From an uncultured delta proteobacterium (lineage in GTDB: Bacteria > Myxococcota_A > Polyangia > Polyangiales > Polyangiaceae), in the NCBI GenBank assembly GCA_963782055.1, contig CAWAIF010000003.1, forward strand, positions 1,632,001 to 1,696,000: a DNA stretch of 64,000 nt, read 5' to 3'. A program made the translations under genes and the position numbers. This document shows positions 18,994 to 31,123 of this stretch, piece by piece (positions within the stretch are counted from its first letter, which is position 1; each line of letters starts with the position of its first letter). Under the pieces are notes generated by a model. The model saw only the letters and a list, made by a program, of their open reading frames with translations. It was not told where the DNA came from and did not search any database.

Positions 18994-19641
18994 TCAGGGC
19001 ACGTCGTGGTACGGACTCTTGCCCTTGCACGCGCCGAGCGGCCCTCTCGAGAGCGCCGGCGCGCTGATCGCCGCGTCGATGGCGTCCTCCAGGCGGACGA
19101 GCTCCTTCTCCACCGGGCTCTGATCGAAGCCGTAGCGGTGCACGCGCTTGGTCTTGCCGTCCAGGGTGACGCGCGTGTTCGTCGAGGGCATGTCGGTGAT
19201 CGGGACCGTGTACTCCTTCTTCATTCCGAAGAAGCCGACGCGCCTCGCCGTGTCGGCGAGAGAGGAGACGACCGCGGGGGCGACCTTCCCCTCGGCGCAA
19301 CCCTTGTGCGGGTACCAGCCGGCGAAGCGCCAGCTCCCGTCCCCCCGGATGCTCACCGTGTAGACGGGGCAGGTGCCGAGGCACGGGGTGCGCTCCAGCT
19401 CGAACATGGCATCGGCCGGCGCCGCGGCGTCGGCGGAGGTCATCGTCGCCGAGGCGACCGCGCCGGGCGGGGCGGCATCGGGGAGCGTCGTGGTGGATGA
19501 CGTCGCGCCGGGGAGGTCCGGCGCGCCCGTTGCCGGCGAGGCGGAGGGCGCGGGCGGCGTGACCGGCGCCGCTGGCCGCGTCGCCTCGGGCGTGTTGCAG
19601 GCGACGAACGCGCCGATCAGGAGGAAGGGGGAGACTCGCAT
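18994..19641 (-). CDS. DUF6438-like lipoprotein
   Basis: Lipobox FVAC; LERTPCLGTCPVYTVSIRGDG, ITDMPS. Confidence 0.75.
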   Translation of the reverse strand: MRVSPFLLIGAFVACNTPEATRPAAPVTPPAPSASPATGAPDLPGATSSTTTLPDAAPPGAVASATMTSADAAAPADAMFELERTPCLGTCPVYTVSIRGDGSWRFAGWYPHKGCAEGKVAPAVVSSLADTARRVGFFGMKKEYTVPITDMPSTNTRVTLDGKTKRVHRYGFDQSPVEKELVRLEDAIDAAISAPALSRGPLGACKGKSPYHDVP

Positions 19642-19653
19642 GGTCGCGGGACC

Positions 19654-20331
19654 TCAGCCCGCGTCGCCGGCGTCCGGCGCGTCGGGGGAGAAGGAGATGG
19701 GATAGGTCACGGTGACCTTGCCGTCGTCCGGCGGTGGCTCGAAGGTCACGCTGTAGAGCGACTGCTTGAGGCACTCGAGTACGTCGGGATCGCCGAGCGT
19801 GGTGCCGCCATCCCGGTCGAAGGCCACCTCGTCGATGATGCCGCCGACGTTCTTGTTCCCGACGATGGAGAAGTCGGCGACGATCTTCCCGGCGAGCTTG
19901 GGGTTCTTCTTCAGGCCCTGCTCGTAACAGTCCTTGGCCAGGGGGATGTAGTCCTCGCGGATGCGGCTGCGGATGTAGTCCTTGTCCAGGACCTTGGCGC
20001 TGGGGGCGGCCGCCGCCGCCGTCCCCTCCGGCGGAGGCGTCTGGCTCCAGGCGCGGTAGATGAGCTCGCGCATCGCGTCGCGCCTCTGGCGGTCGAGCCG
20101 CGGTCCGGCGTCGTCGCCCGAGGGAGGCGCCCCCGGCGCGTCGTACGCGTGCAACCGGTCCGACGGCGCGCCTGGCTCCGGCTCTACCCACGCCGGCGTG
20201 CCCTCCACCGGCGCCGCGGCACCGTCCGCCCCGCCGGCGCTCCGGGGCGGCGTGCGCACGGACCGCCACACCAGCCACGTGGCAAGCGCGACGGCGACGA
20301 CGGCGAGCACCACCCACTGAGGGCGCTTCAC
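19654..20331 (-). CDS. Membrane-anchored AgmX/PglI (TonB C-terminal-like) domain protein
   Basis: GAGGAGG SD before GTG 20331; N-terminal TM; CYEQGLKKNPKLAGKI...F.PP..G.V.V.YPISF. Confidence 0.8.
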   Translation of the reverse strand: MKRPQWVVLAVVAVALATWLVWRSVRTPPRSAGGADGAAAPVEGTPAWVEPEPGAPSDRLHAYDAPGAPPSGDDAGPRLDRQRRDAMRELIYRAWSQTPPPEGTAAAAAPSAKVLDKDYIRSRIREDYIPLAKDCYEQGLKKNPKLAGKIVADFSIVGNKNVGGIIDEVAFDRDGGTTLGDPDVLECLKQSLYSVTFEPPPDDGKVTVTYPISFSPDAPDAGDAG

Positions 20332-20433
20332 GACGCGATCCTCCTCATGCCCCACACTCCTGCCGCCGGAGTATACCCAAAAGCCGACCGGCGCCCTGGG
20401 ATCCCGCGCGCGCCGGAGGGGGCAGCTGCGCGC

Positions 20434-21894
20434 TCACGCCGAGGGTAGCTCCAGGGTGACGCGGGTGCCCTTGCCCTCCGTCGAGTCCAGCAGGATGCGG
20501 CCCTCGTGCGCCTCCATCACCCGCTTCACGAAGGCGAGGCCGAGGCCGGAGCCCTTCGCCTTGGTGGTGAAGAACTCGTCGAAGGCGCGCTCGCGCGTGC
20601 GCGCGTCCATGCCCCGTCCGTCGTCGCTCACGACGATGCGCACCACGCCGCCGGAGGAGGAGGTGGTGACCTCCACCGAGCCCTCCGGGCCGAGCGCCTC
20701 GCGCGCGTTGCGCAGCACGTTCTCGACCACGATGGCGACGAGGTCGGGGTCGGCCTTGCAGGCGGGGAGGGTGGCGTCCAGGTGCTTGCGCACCGGGCAG
20801 TCTACGGAGGCGAGCGCGCCCTCGACGATGGCGTTCAGGTCGGTGGCGCGGGGGGACGGGTCGACGCGGCCGAGTCGCTGGTACTGCTCGATGACGCGCG
20901 ACATGTGGTCGACCTGATCGACCAGGAGCTGGAGGTACTCCGGGTGGGCCTCCAGCGGGCGGCCTGCCTCGCGCTCGACCTGGAGGAACTGCGCCGCCCC
21001 GCGGATGGCGGCCAGCGGGTTGCGGAGGTCGTGCGCCATCTGCTGCGACATGCGCCCGAGCGCCGCCTGCGACCGCAGGCGCGCCCGGGACTCGGAGACC
21101 GCGGAGAGAAGGAACCGGCCCATCAGCAGGGCCGCCAGGCCGATGAGCACCGAGCCGACGGCGAGCAGGGCCGAGCGATCGCCCACCCACCGGAAGAGCG
21201 CGAGCTCGCCCAGGACGACGCCGCCGGCCGCGGCGACCGCGTTGAGGCCGACCAGCACCGAGACCTGCTCGAGCACCGGGGTGCGTAGCGCCGTGACGCC
21301 CAGCAGCGCCGCGCTGCCGACCAGCGCCCACGGGCCGAGCCGCGGGGAGAGCGCGCCGGCGATGGCGGCCAGATCGGTCGCGGTGCCGCACGCGGCGACG
21401 ACCACCGCCGCCAGGACGAGCGCGGTGCGCGCGCGCTCCTCCGCCCCCGAGCGACGCGCGTGGCGCACCAGCGCGACGACGCCCACGGCGACGCACGGCG
21501 CCATGCCCGCCAGCATGAGCACCGCCCAGCGCGGCCCGTTGGGGAAGCCCGCCATCGCCGGGGTGATCGCCGGCGAGAAGCAGGCGAGCGCGAGCGCCGT
21601 GAAGTAGACGTAGTAGGCGATGATCTCCCTGCGGCGCGCGCGACGCTGGCCGACGAAGGTCATGACGAAGTGGAAGAACGCCGGCGGGACCAGCGCCGCC
21701 GACGCCGCGTTGGAGTCGTTCCACGCGGCGTTCGGCGAGAGGAGGGAGATGATCTCGAAGGAGTTGTAGGCGAAGAGCCAGACGCAGAGGTTGGCGAAGC
21801 GGGAGGCGAGCGGCTCTCGCCGGCCACGCAAGGCGGCGAGCACCGCCATCGCGAGGAAGGCGGCGCACGCAAAGGCGGTGGCGGGCACCTCCAT
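20434..21894 (-). CDS. Membrane sensor histidine kinase (multi-TM input)
   Basis: MAHDLRNPL, NVLRNA, DDGRGM, FFTTK, GSGLGL. Confidence 0.93.
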   Translation of the reverse strand: MEVPATAFACAAFLAMAVLAALRGRREPLASRFANLCVWLFAYNSFEIISLLSPNAAWNDSNAASAALVPPAFFHFVMTFVGQRRARRREIIAYYVYFTALALACFSPAITPAMAGFPNGPRWAVLMLAGMAPCVAVGVVALVRHARRSGAEERARTALVLAAVVVAACGTATDLAAIAGALSPRLGPWALVGSAALLGVTALRTPVLEQVSVLVGLNAVAAAGGVVLGELALFRWVGDRSALLAVGSVLIGLAALLMGRFLLSAVSESRARLRSQAALGRMSQQMAHDLRNPLAAIRGAAQFLQVEREAGRPLEAHPEYLQLLVDQVDHMSRVIEQYQRLGRVDPSPRATDLNAIVEGALASVDCPVRKHLDATLPACKADPDLVAIVVENVLRNAREALGPEGSVEVTTSSSGGVVRIVVSDDGRGMDARTRERAFDEFFTTKAKGSGLGLAFVKRVMEAHEGRILLDSTEGKGTRVTLELPSA

Positions 21895-22142
21895 CGCGTC
21901 ATGATGCCAGCCCACCCCATGCCTCCGCATCAATGCTCTCTCTTCCTTCCTCCCGTCGCCCCTGCGCCGACGGCCTTCTCCTCGCGCCCCCTGCCCGAGC
22001 AATGATGATGCCAGCCCCGCGCTCCGCGCGCGCGGGGCCCCGCGGTGTGCAGCGGGCTGCACGGGCGCGCCCGCCGGTGCGCACGGTCCCGCCCTCCACC
22101 CCGTCGGTACCCGTCGGCAGGAACCGTGTATCTTCGAGTCTC

Positions 22143-23489
<1,347 letters not shown>

Positions 23490-23583
23490 GCGGCGTCGCG
23501 CGTCCGTTGGGCCGGGGGCGGACCGTGCCGCGCCGGCGACTCTCGCGCGCGCCCCGTCCGCTCGCGGTAGCATCGACGCCATC

Positions 23584-26094
23584 ATGACCAGCCCTCTCCA
23601 GGCTCACGACGTGCACGAGACGGACATCGCGCTGGGCGGCGACTCGCGCGCCATCCGCAACGACTTCGTGCGCAAGCTCTTCTTCCAGCTCGCCAAGTTC
23701 CCGGGTGTGGCCACCACCAACAATCACTACCTCGCCCTGGCCTTCGCCGTCCGCGACCGGATACTGCACCGCTGGGTGCGCAGCGCGCGCACCTACCTGG
23801 AGGGCGAGCACCGCACGGTGATCTACCTCTCGGCGGAGTACCTGCTGGGGCCGCAGCTCGCGCACAACCTGCTGACGCTGGGCATCGGCGCGCAGGTGCG
23901 GGAGGCGATGTCTTCGCTCGGGCTGGACCTGGAGGAGCTCGTCGAGCACGAGGAGGAGCCGGGGCTCGGCAACGGCGGCCTCGGGCGGCTGGCCGCGTGC
24001 TTCATGGACTCGCTCGCCACCCTGGACATCCCGACCATCGGCCACGGGATCCGCTACGAGTTTGGCATCTTCGACCAGGCCATCCGCGACGGCTGGCAGG
24101 TGGAGGTGGCCGACCGATGGCTGCGTCACGGCAACCCGTGGGAGGTGCGCCGCTGGGACATCGAGCTCCCGGTGGGGCTCGGCGGCCACACCGAGCACCG
24201 GGTGGACGAGGACGGGCGGCACCGCGTGCGGTGGGTGCCGGAGCGCGTGGTGAAGGGCGTGCCGTACGACACGCCGGTGCTCGGCTACGGCACCGCCAAC
24301 GCCAACTTCCTGCGCCTCTGGGGCGCGGTGGCCGACGAGGAGCTGGACCTGGAGGCGTTCCAGGTCGGCGACTACGTGCGCGCCGTCGAGGAGAAGGTGC
24401 GCAGCGAGAACGTCACCAAGGTCCTGTACCCCAACGACTCCAGCATGGCGGGCAAGCAGCTGCGCCTGGAGCAGGAGTACTTCTTCGTCTCGTGCGCGCT
24501 GCAGGACTGCATCCGCCTGCTGCTGCAGAAGACGACGATCGACGAGTTCGGTGACAAGTTCGCGGTGCAGCTCAACGATACGCACCCCGCGCTCGCCGTG
24601 CCAGAGCTGATGCGCCTGCTGATGGACGTGCACGGCATGACCTGGGACAAGGCGTGGGGCATCACCACCCGGACCTTCTCGTACACCAACCACACGCTCC
24701 TCCCGGAAGCGCTGGAGGCGTGGCCGCTCCCTCTCTTCGCGCGGCTGCTGCCCAGACACCTGGAGATCGTCTACGAGATCAACCGCCGCTTCCTCGACGA
24801 GGTGCGCGCCAGCCACCCCGGGGACGACGCGCGCCTGGCGCGGATGTCGCTCATCGACGAGCACGGGCGCAAGGCGGTGCGCATGGCCCACCTGGCGACC
24901 GTCGGCAGCCACGCGGTCAACGGCGTCGCGGAGCTGCACTCGCGCCTGCTGCGGGAGACCGTGCTGCGCGACTTCGCCGAGGAGTACCCGTCGCGCTTCG
25001 TCAACGTCACCAACGGGGTGACCCCGCGCCGGTTCGTCGCGCTGGCCAACCCGGGCCTCTCCCGGCTGCTCACCGAGACCATCGGCGACGGCTGGCAGAC
25101 CGACCTGGATCGCCTGGAGCGGCTGCGCCCCCTCGCCGGCGACGCCGGCTTCCGCGAGAAGCTGCGCGCGGTGAAGCGCAAGAACAAGGAACGCCTCGCC
25201 GACTGGCTGCGCCGGACGCACGACGTCACGGTGGACCCGACCTCCATGTTCGACGCGCAGTGCAAGCGTATCCACGAGTACAAGCGGCAGCACCTGGCCG
25301 CGCTGCACGCGGTGTGGCTCTACCAGCGCATCAAGGAGGGGCGGCGCGACCACGTCGTGCCGCGCACGCTCCTCTTCGCCGGCAAGGCCGCGCCCGCCTA
25401 CCGCATGGCGAAGCTCATGGTGCGCCTCCTCCACGGGATCCGGGAGGTGCTCGAGGCCGACCCGGCCGTGCGCGAGGTGCTGCGCCTCGTCTTCGTGCCC
25501 GACTTCAACGTGAAGAACGCGCAGCGCATCTACCCCGCGGCCGACCTCTCCGAGCAGATCTCCACCGCGGGGATGGAGGCCTCCGGCACCGGCAACATGA
25601 AGTTCGCGCTCAACGGCGCGCTGACCATCGGCACACTGGACGGCGCCAACGTGGAGATCCGCGAGGCCGTCGGCGCGGAGAACTTCTTCCTCTTCGGCAT
25701 GACGGCCGAGGAGGTCGTCGCCCGGCGCGCCGGGTACCGGCCCCTGGAGCTGCTCGCGGCCGACCCGGAGCTCGCGAGCGCGGTCTCCCTGGTCGCGAGC
25801 GGCCGCTTCAGCGGCGGGGACGCCACCCTCGTCGAGCCGCTGGTGCGCTCGCTCGTGGACGAAGATCGCTTCTTCGTCCTGGCCGACTTCCGCGCCTACG
25901 TCGCGTGCCAGCAGCGCGTGGCGGACGCGTGGACGGACCACGACGCCTGGTCACGCACCGCCGCGCTCAACATCGCCGCCATGGGTCGCTTCAGCTCCGA
26001 CCAATCCATCCGCGACTACCTGCGCGACGTGTGGAACGTGCCGGAGGTGGACGTGCTCCCGCCGGACGTGATGAGCCGCCCGCCCCCGCCGTGA
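23584..26094 (+). CDS. glgP: Glycogen/maltodextrin phosphorylase
   Basis: GLGNGGLGRLAACF, QLNDTHP, YTNHTLLPEALE, KRIHEYKRQ, EASGTGNMKF. Confidence 0.97.
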   Translation: MTSPLQAHDVHETDIALGGDSRAIRNDFVRKLFFQLAKFPGVATTNNHYLALAFAVRDRILHRWVRSARTYLEGEHRTVIYLSAEYLLGPQLAHNLLTLGIGAQVREAMSSLGLDLEELVEHEEEPGLGNGGLGRLAACFMDSLATLDIPTIGHGIRYEFGIFDQAIRDGWQVEVADRWLRHGNPWEVRRWDIELPVGLGGHTEHRVDEDGRHRVRWVPERVVKGVPYDTPVLGYGTANANFLRLWGAVADEELDLEAFQVGDYVRAVEEKVRSENVTKVLYPNDSSMAGKQLRLEQEYFFVSCALQDCIRLLLQKTTIDEFGDKFAVQLNDTHPALAVPELMRLLMDVHGMTWDKAWGITTRTFSYTNHTLLPEALEAWPLPLFARLLPRHLEIVYEINRRFLDEVRASHPGDDARLARMSLIDEHGRKAVRMAHLATVGSHAVNGVAELHSRLLRETVLRDFAEEYPSRFVNVTNGVTPRRFVALANPGLSRLLTETIGDGWQTDLDRLERLRPLAGDAGFREKLRAVKRKNKERLADWLRRTHDVTVDPTSMFDAQCKRIHEYKRQHLAALHAVWLYQRIKEGRRDHVVPRTLLFAGKAAPAYRMAKLMVRLLHGIREVLEADPAVREVLRLVFVPDFNVKNAQRIYPAADLSEQISTAGMEASGTGNMKFALNGALTIGTLDGANVEIREAVGAENFFLFGMTAEEVVARRAGYRPLELLAADPELASAVSLVASGRFSGGDATLVEPLVRSLVDEDRFFVLADFRAYVACQQRVADAWTDHDAWSRTAALNIAAMGRFSSDQSIRDYLRDVWNVPEVDVLPPDVMSRPPPP

Positions 26095-26231
26095 GGCGTC
26101 GGGCGGACGCCTCGCCGCCGCGCGCTCGCTGGATGCCCCCGGGACGAAGCAGATCGTCCGTGGTCCGTGGGTGACTGGCCTCGAGCACGCGCGCAAAGCG
26201 TTCCGGTGAACGAGTGCGCTATTCTGGGGCC

Positions 26232-26777
26232 ATGGAGCGCCTCTACGTCGCCGGCGCCGTCCTCCTCGCGCTGTTCTCCGGGATCGCGATGGTGGATGGC
26301 AGCTATTTTCACATCATCAAGTACAAGCTGCACACCCGTCCGGAGTCGCGCACCGAGCACCTGACCCACACGCTCAACGCGTTCCTCTTCCCGCCGATGG
26401 TCTACCTGCTGCTGTACCGGCCGCACGCGGGAGCGGCGCTCTGGGCCGCGGTCTTCGTCGTCGCCGCCGACGTGGCGGTGGAGAGCTGGGACGTGTTCAT
26501 CGAGAAGGCGAGTCGGGAGAGCCTCGGCGGGCTCACGCCGACCGAGTACTGGGTCCACGTCATGGCGATCACCCTGCGCGTCGCGGGCATCGCGGTGCTC
26601 TTCGCCGCGCGGCCCGTCGCGGCGTGGAGTCTGTCCGCGCCGCTCGTGCTCGGGGCGGACCCTCCGGGCCTCGTCCGCATCGTCGCGCTGGTGCTGATGG
26701 GCGGCGGCGCGTTCACCGCGCTCCAGCACGCGTGGTTGCTGCAGCCGCGCTACGTGCGCCGCCCCGCCTCCGCGTAG
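26232..26777 (+). CDS. Integral membrane hypothetical protein
   Basis: About 5 hydrophobic helices; His/Glu-containing motifs EHLTH, EKASR..LGGL...EYWVH. Confidence 0.75.
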   Translation: MERLYVAGAVLLALFSGIAMVDGSYFHIIKYKLHTRPESRTEHLTHTLNAFLFPPMVYLLLYRPHAGAALWAAVFVVAADVAVESWDVFIEKASRESLGGLTPTEYWVHVMAITLRVAGIAVLFAARPVAAWSLSAPLVLGADPPGLVRIVALVLMGGGAFTALQHAWLLQPRYVRRPASA

Positions 26778-26778
26778 A

Positions 26779-28401
26779 TCAGCCGCGCACGCCGGGGGCC
26801 TCGGCGCCGGTCTCGCTGACGTACTCGCCGTAGCCGCCGCCGTACTTGTGGATCCCGTCCGGTGTGAGCTCCAGCACGCGGTTGCTCAGCGCGCGCAGGA
26901 AGTGGCGGTCGTGGGAGACGAAGAGCATCGTCCCCTGGTAGCCGGCGAGCGCCTCGATGAGCATCTCCTTGGTGTCCATGTCCAGGTGGTTGGTGGGCTC
27001 GTCGAGCACCAGGAAGTTGGGCGGGTCGTAGAGCATCTGCGCGAGCACCAGCCGCGCCTTCTCCCCGCCCGAGAGCACGCGGCAGCGCTTCTCCACGTCG
27101 TCGCCGGAGAAGCCGAAGACCCCGGCGAGCGTGCGAAGCGAGCCGATGGAGGCGTGCGGGAACCGGCCGACCAGCGCGTCCCACACCGTCTCGGTCGGCT
27201 CGAGCAGCTCCATCGCGTGCTGCGCGAAGTAGCCCATCTTCACGCTCGCCCCGACCGCGACGCGTCCGGAGTCCGGCGCCGTCGCGCCGGCGACCAGCTT
27301 GAGCAGCGTGGACTTGCCGGCGCCGTTGACGCCCATCACGCACCATCGTTCGCCGCGGCGCACCAGCCAGTCGAAGCCCTCGTAGATGACGCGGCTGCCG
27401 TACGCCTTGCTCACGCCGTCGACCTTGGCGACGTCGTCGCCGGATCGCGGGGCGTCGGGGAAGTCGAAGCGCAGCTTCTTGCGCCGTCGCGGGGGCTCCA
27501 CCCGCTCGATCTTCTCCAGCTTCTTCACGCGCGACTGCACCTGCGCGGCGTGGCTCGCCCGGGCCTTGAAGCGCGCGATGAACGCCTCCTCCTTGGCGAG
27601 CATGGCCTGCTGCCGCTCGAACCCGCTCTGGGCCTGCGCGTCGAGCACGGCGCGCTGCTTGACGTAAAACTCGTAGCCGCCGGAGAAGACCGTCAGCTCC
27701 CCGCCGTCGATCTCGACAATCTTGGAGACGATGCGGTCCATGAACTCGCGGTCGTGCGAGGTCATGACGAGCGCGCCCTCGTAGCTCTTGAGGAACTGCT
27801 CCAGCCAGAGGATGGACTCGATGTCCAGGTGGTTGGTGGGCTCGTCCAGGAGCATCGCGTCCGGCTTCATCAAGAGGATGCGGGCGAGGGCGACGCGCAT
27901 CTTCCACCCGCCGGAGAGGGTGCCGACGTCGGAGTCCATCACCTCCTGCGAGAAGCCCAGGCCGGCGAGGATCTCCCGGGCGCGCGCCTCCAGCGCGTAG
28001 CCGCCCAGCTCCTCGAAGCGGGCCTGCGCCTCGCCGAACTCCTCGATCATCCGATCCATCTGGTCGGCCAGCTCCGGGTCGGCGAGCTGGTGCTCCAGCG
28101 CGTGCAGGCGGGCGCCCGCCTCCGAGACCGCGCCGGCGCCGTCCAGCGTGGCGGCCACGACGCTCATGCCCTCCATCTCCCCGACGTCCTGGCTGAAGTA
28201 GCCGATGGTGGTGCCGCGGTCGATCGCCACGCCGCCGGCGTCGGGCGCCTCTTCCTTGACGATCATCCGGAAGATCGTCGATTTGCCCGAGCCGTTGGGC
28301 CCGACCAGGCCCACCTTCTCCCCGCGCTGCACGGCGCAGGAGGCGTCCATGAAGAGGATCTGACGGCCGTGCTGCTTGGATACGGAGTCGAGGCGGATCA
28401 T
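26779..28401 (-). CDS. ABC-F family ATP-binding protein
   Basis: Two ABC domains ([41 protein letters not shown]), no TM segments. Confidence 0.95.
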   Translation of the reverse strand: MIRLDSVSKQHGRQILFMDASCAVQRGEKVGLVGPNGSGKSTIFRMIVKEEAPDAGGVAIDRGTTIGYFSQDVGEMEGMSVVAATLDGAGAVSEAGARLHALEHQLADPELADQMDRMIEEFGEAQARFEELGGYALEARAREILAGLGFSQEVMDSDVGTLSGGWKMRVALARILLMKPDAMLLDEPTNHLDIESILWLEQFLKSYEGALVMTSHDREFMDRIVSKIVEIDGGELTVFSGGYEFYVKQRAVLDAQAQSGFERQQAMLAKEEAFIARFKARASHAAQVQSRVKKLEKIERVEPPRRRKKLRFDFPDAPRSGDDVAKVDGVSKAYGSRVIYEGFDWLVRRGERWCVMGVNGAGKSTLLKLVAGATAPDSGRVAVGASVKMGYFAQHAMELLEPTETVWDALVGRFPHASIGSLRTLAGVFGFSGDDVEKRCRVLSGGEKARLVLAQMLYDPPNFLVLDEPTNHLDMDTKEMLIEALAGYQGTMLFVSHDRHFLRALSNRVLELTPDGIHKYGGGYGEYVSETGAEAPGVRG

Positions 28402-28471
28402 CGAAGGTGCCGAGGCGCCTCTATCACACGAGATCCCGCGCGGCACGAACCTTTCTGCTACATCCGAGCTC

Positions 28472-29428
28472 ATGCGCGCGCTCAGGGTGGAAAGTGGAGA
28501 CGTCTCGGTCGCCCACGTGCCGGTGCCCGAGGCGAAGGGCGAGGCGGTGGTGCGGGTGACGCTCTCCGGCCTCTGCAATACCGACCTGGAGATCGCCCGC
28601 GGCTACGCCGGGTTCGCCGGCACCATCGGTCACGAGTTCGTGGGCGTGGTGGAGGACCCCGGCGGCGGCGCGATCGGCCGCGGGCAGCGCGTCGTCGGCG
28701 AGATCAACGCCGGGTGTGGCGCGTGCGCGCGCTGCGAGGAGGGCGACCCGCGCCACTGCGCCACGCGCACGGTGCTCGGCATCGTGGGGCGCGACGGGGC
28801 GCACGCCGACGTGCTGCGCCTGCCCGCGCGCAACCTCCTGCGCGTGCCCGACGCCGTGACCGACGTTCAGGCCGTCTTCGTCGAGCCGCTCGCGGCGGCG
28901 TGCGGCGTGCTGGAGCGGAGCCCGCTCGAGCCGGGGGCGCGCGTGGCGGTCATCGGGGACGGCAAGCTCGGCCTGCTCTGCGCGATGGTGCTCGCCGACG
29001 CGGGCGCGTCGCCGCTGCTCGTCGGCAAGCACGAGCGGAAGCTGGGCCTCGCGCGGGCGCGGGACCTCGAGACGGCGTTGGTGGAGGAGGCACGCAAGCG
29101 CGCCGGCGCCTTCGACGTCGTCGTGGAGGCCTCGGGCGCGGCCGGCGGCTTCGACCTCGCGCTGGACCTGCTCCGGCCGCAGGGCACGCTGGTGCTCAAG
29201 TCCACCTTCCACGGGGCGACGCCCATCGACGCGGCGCGCGTCGTGGTGGACGAGATCCGCGTCGTCGGCTCGCGCTGCGGGCGCTTCGCCCCCGCGCTCG
29301 ACCTGCTCGCCCGCGGCGCGGTCGACGTGGAGTGCCTGGTGAGCGAGGTGCTCTCCCTCGACCAGGGAACCGACGCGATGGGCCGCGCCGCCGCCCCCGG
29401 CGTGCTGAAGGTGCTGCTCTCGCGCTAG
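28472..29428 (+). CDS. Zn-dependent alcohol dehydrogenase (MDR family)
   Basis: GLCNTD, GHEFVG, CGACARC...HC, GDGKLG. Confidence 0.92.
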   Translation: MRALRVESGDVSVAHVPVPEAKGEAVVRVTLSGLCNTDLEIARGYAGFAGTIGHEFVGVVEDPGGGAIGRGQRVVGEINAGCGACARCEEGDPRHCATRTVLGIVGRDGAHADVLRLPARNLLRVPDAVTDVQAVFVEPLAAACGVLERSPLEPGARVAVIGDGKLGLLCAMVLADAGASPLLVGKHERKLGLARARDLETALVEEARKRAGAFDVVVEASGAAGGFDLALDLLRPQGTLVLKSTFHGATPIDAARVVVDEIRVVGSRCGRFAPALDLLARGAVDVECLVSEVLSLDQGTDAMGRAAAPGVLKVLLSR

Positions 29429-30060
29429 CGACTGACGAGGTAGGTGATCTTGGCCTTGCCGCCAGGGTGTGCGGGCAGGCCGAAGGCCGCGCGCACCTGG
29501 ATGTTCCCCGGGCCGGAGCTGCACGTCAGGGGGAAGGAGGCCTGCACCGCGCCGGGGATGCTGCCGTCCGGCTTGATGCGCACCACCGCCTTCGTCTTCT
29601 TGTAGGTGACGGAGACGAGCTTGCCGCCCCACACCATGGGCTGCGGCGTCGCGGGCTGGCCGGCGGCGGGCTGCGGCGAGCCCGGGGCCGCCGGGGCGCC
29701 GGTGAAGGTGGGCAAGATCGGGCCGGTCGTGGGGAGTGACAGGGTGATCTCCACGACCACCTCGCCGGCGACGCGCTTGACCGTCGCCGCCGCCTTGCTC
29801 TTCGGCCCCAGGCTGGGACACATCGACGGTGGCGGCACCGGGTCGGAGCCCATCATCGGGTGGTGCGTCAGCATGGCATCGGGTGGCTTCACGTCGCGCG
29901 CCGAGGCGGCGCTGCTCGCGCTCGGTCGCGGGGGCGCCGCCGCGTGGCTCGCGCTGGCCGATGGCGTGGTCGGGATCGTGACCGTGGTCGCCGCGGGGGC
30001 GGTCTCCCCGCCGCACCCGGCGGCGGCGAGCGTCGTGGCGGCCGCGAGCAGCCGCCGCAT
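29425..30060 (-). CDS. Pro/Ala-rich hypothetical lipoprotein
   Basis: MRRLL...AAGC lipobox; low-complexity linker and beta-rich C-terminus. Confidence 0.65.
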   Translation of the reverse strand: MRRLLAAATTLAAAGCGGETAPAATTVTIPTTPSASASHAAAPPRPSASSAASARDVKPPDAMLTHHPMMGSDPVPPPSMCPSLGPKSKAAATVKRVAGEVVVEITLSLPTTGPILPTFTGAPAAPGSPQPAAGQPATPQPMVWGGKLVSVTYKKTKAVVRIKPDGSIPGAVQASFPLTCSSGPGNIQVRAAFGLPAHPGGKAKITYLVSR

Positions 30061-30365
30061 GTGCGCCAGCGTCCGGTCACGCGACCCGCCTGCCCCTCTC
30101 TCTCCGCCCACCCCCGCACGGTACCGCGGTGTGGACGCCGGGTACATCGTGGACGGTGAATCCTTCAGCCGGCGAGCCGCCGGCCCGCCGCGAGATGGCC
30201 GCGCCGGACGCGCGTGTGCGAGGCCACGTCCCGGGCGGCCTCGCTGGCGTCAGTCGACGACGAAGCTACGCCCGGGCGCGGTAGCGCGGATAGGAATACC
30301 AGCTCGTGCCCTGCCGACGAGAAGCCCGACGCGTAGCGGAGGGCCCGCGCGGGGAGCGGCGCCCC

Positions 30366-31091
30366 TCAGTAAGGATGAGGCGCGTACCCTGCGGCCGCGG
30401 CGTACTGCTTGTAGGCGGGCAGCACCAGGTCGTCGTCGTATTGCGTGTTGTACTGGGTGCAGCTCTTGGTGCTGCCGTAGCTGTTGTAGTCGCCGATCGC
30501 CATCAGCGTGTACTGCTCGGTGGTGCAGCCCGAAAACTTCTTCTCCTCCTGCTTGCGGTTGCCCGCGATCCCGGCGATGCCGACCTCGATGTTCACGTCG
30601 GGGTTGAACACCGAGCTCCCCCAGTCGCTCGAGGAGGGGTCGGTCGTCATGTCGGGGTGGCCGCTGGGGAGCAGGCCCGCGTCCCCCGGCGAGCCACCGC
30701 ACGCGGGGACGATCTGCATCAGGCCGTAGCACCCCGTCTCCGAGGCGCTCCACCCGCTGGGCGTGCCGCACGGCATGTTGGGGCAGGCTGCGGCGTTCTT
30801 GTCGAAGCGCGACTCGACGTAGATGATCGCCTTGAAGATCATCGGGTCGGGCTCGGAGTACTGGGCCGACCACTTCAGGATGGAGCAGTCGAAGGCGTCG
30901 ACGCTGACGCCGGTCTGCTGCGCCGTCAGGCCGGTCTTCAGCGGGTCTGTGTCGCAGGAGCCGGAGATCGCGCCGTCTCCCCCGCCGCCCGCGTCGCCGC
31001 TCGCCGCGTCGTCGCCCGAGCCGCAGGCGACTGCCCCTGCCACGAGAGCGGTCGCGCCGATCCACCACGCCATACGGAGTGCGGTGCCCAT
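30366..31091 (-). CDS. Lytic transglycosylase (SLT/GH23-like) lipoprotein
   Basis: Lipobox AVAC; AIIYVESRF, GLMQI, FNPDVNIEVG, YNSYG. Confidence 0.85.
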   Translation of the reverse strand: MGTALRMAWWIGATALVAGAVACGSGDDAASGDAGGGGDGAISGSCDTDPLKTGLTAQQTGVSVDAFDCSILKWSAQYSEPDPMIFKAIIYVESRFDKNAAACPNMPCGTPSGWSASETGCYGLMQIVPACGGSPGDAGLLPSGHPDMTTDPSSSDWGSSVFNPDVNIEVGIAGIAGNRKQEEKKFSGCTTEQYTLMAIGDYNSYGSTKSCTQYNTQYDDDLVLPAYKQYAAAAGYAPHPY

Positions 31092-31123
31092 GCCCGGAGG
31101 GTATCACCGCGGCTCCGTGCGAA

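Noticed and set aside
26848..29739. Long alternative-frame or antisense ORFs (this one and many others, e.g. 31079-33772, 23440-25941)
   Set aside because: Expected stop-poor shadows of real genes at high GC; low-complexity translations with no motifs
30061..30365. Possible ncRNA in a 300-bp intergenic gap
   Set aside because: Only short GC-rich stems expected by chance; no recognisable RNA family, promoter or terminator
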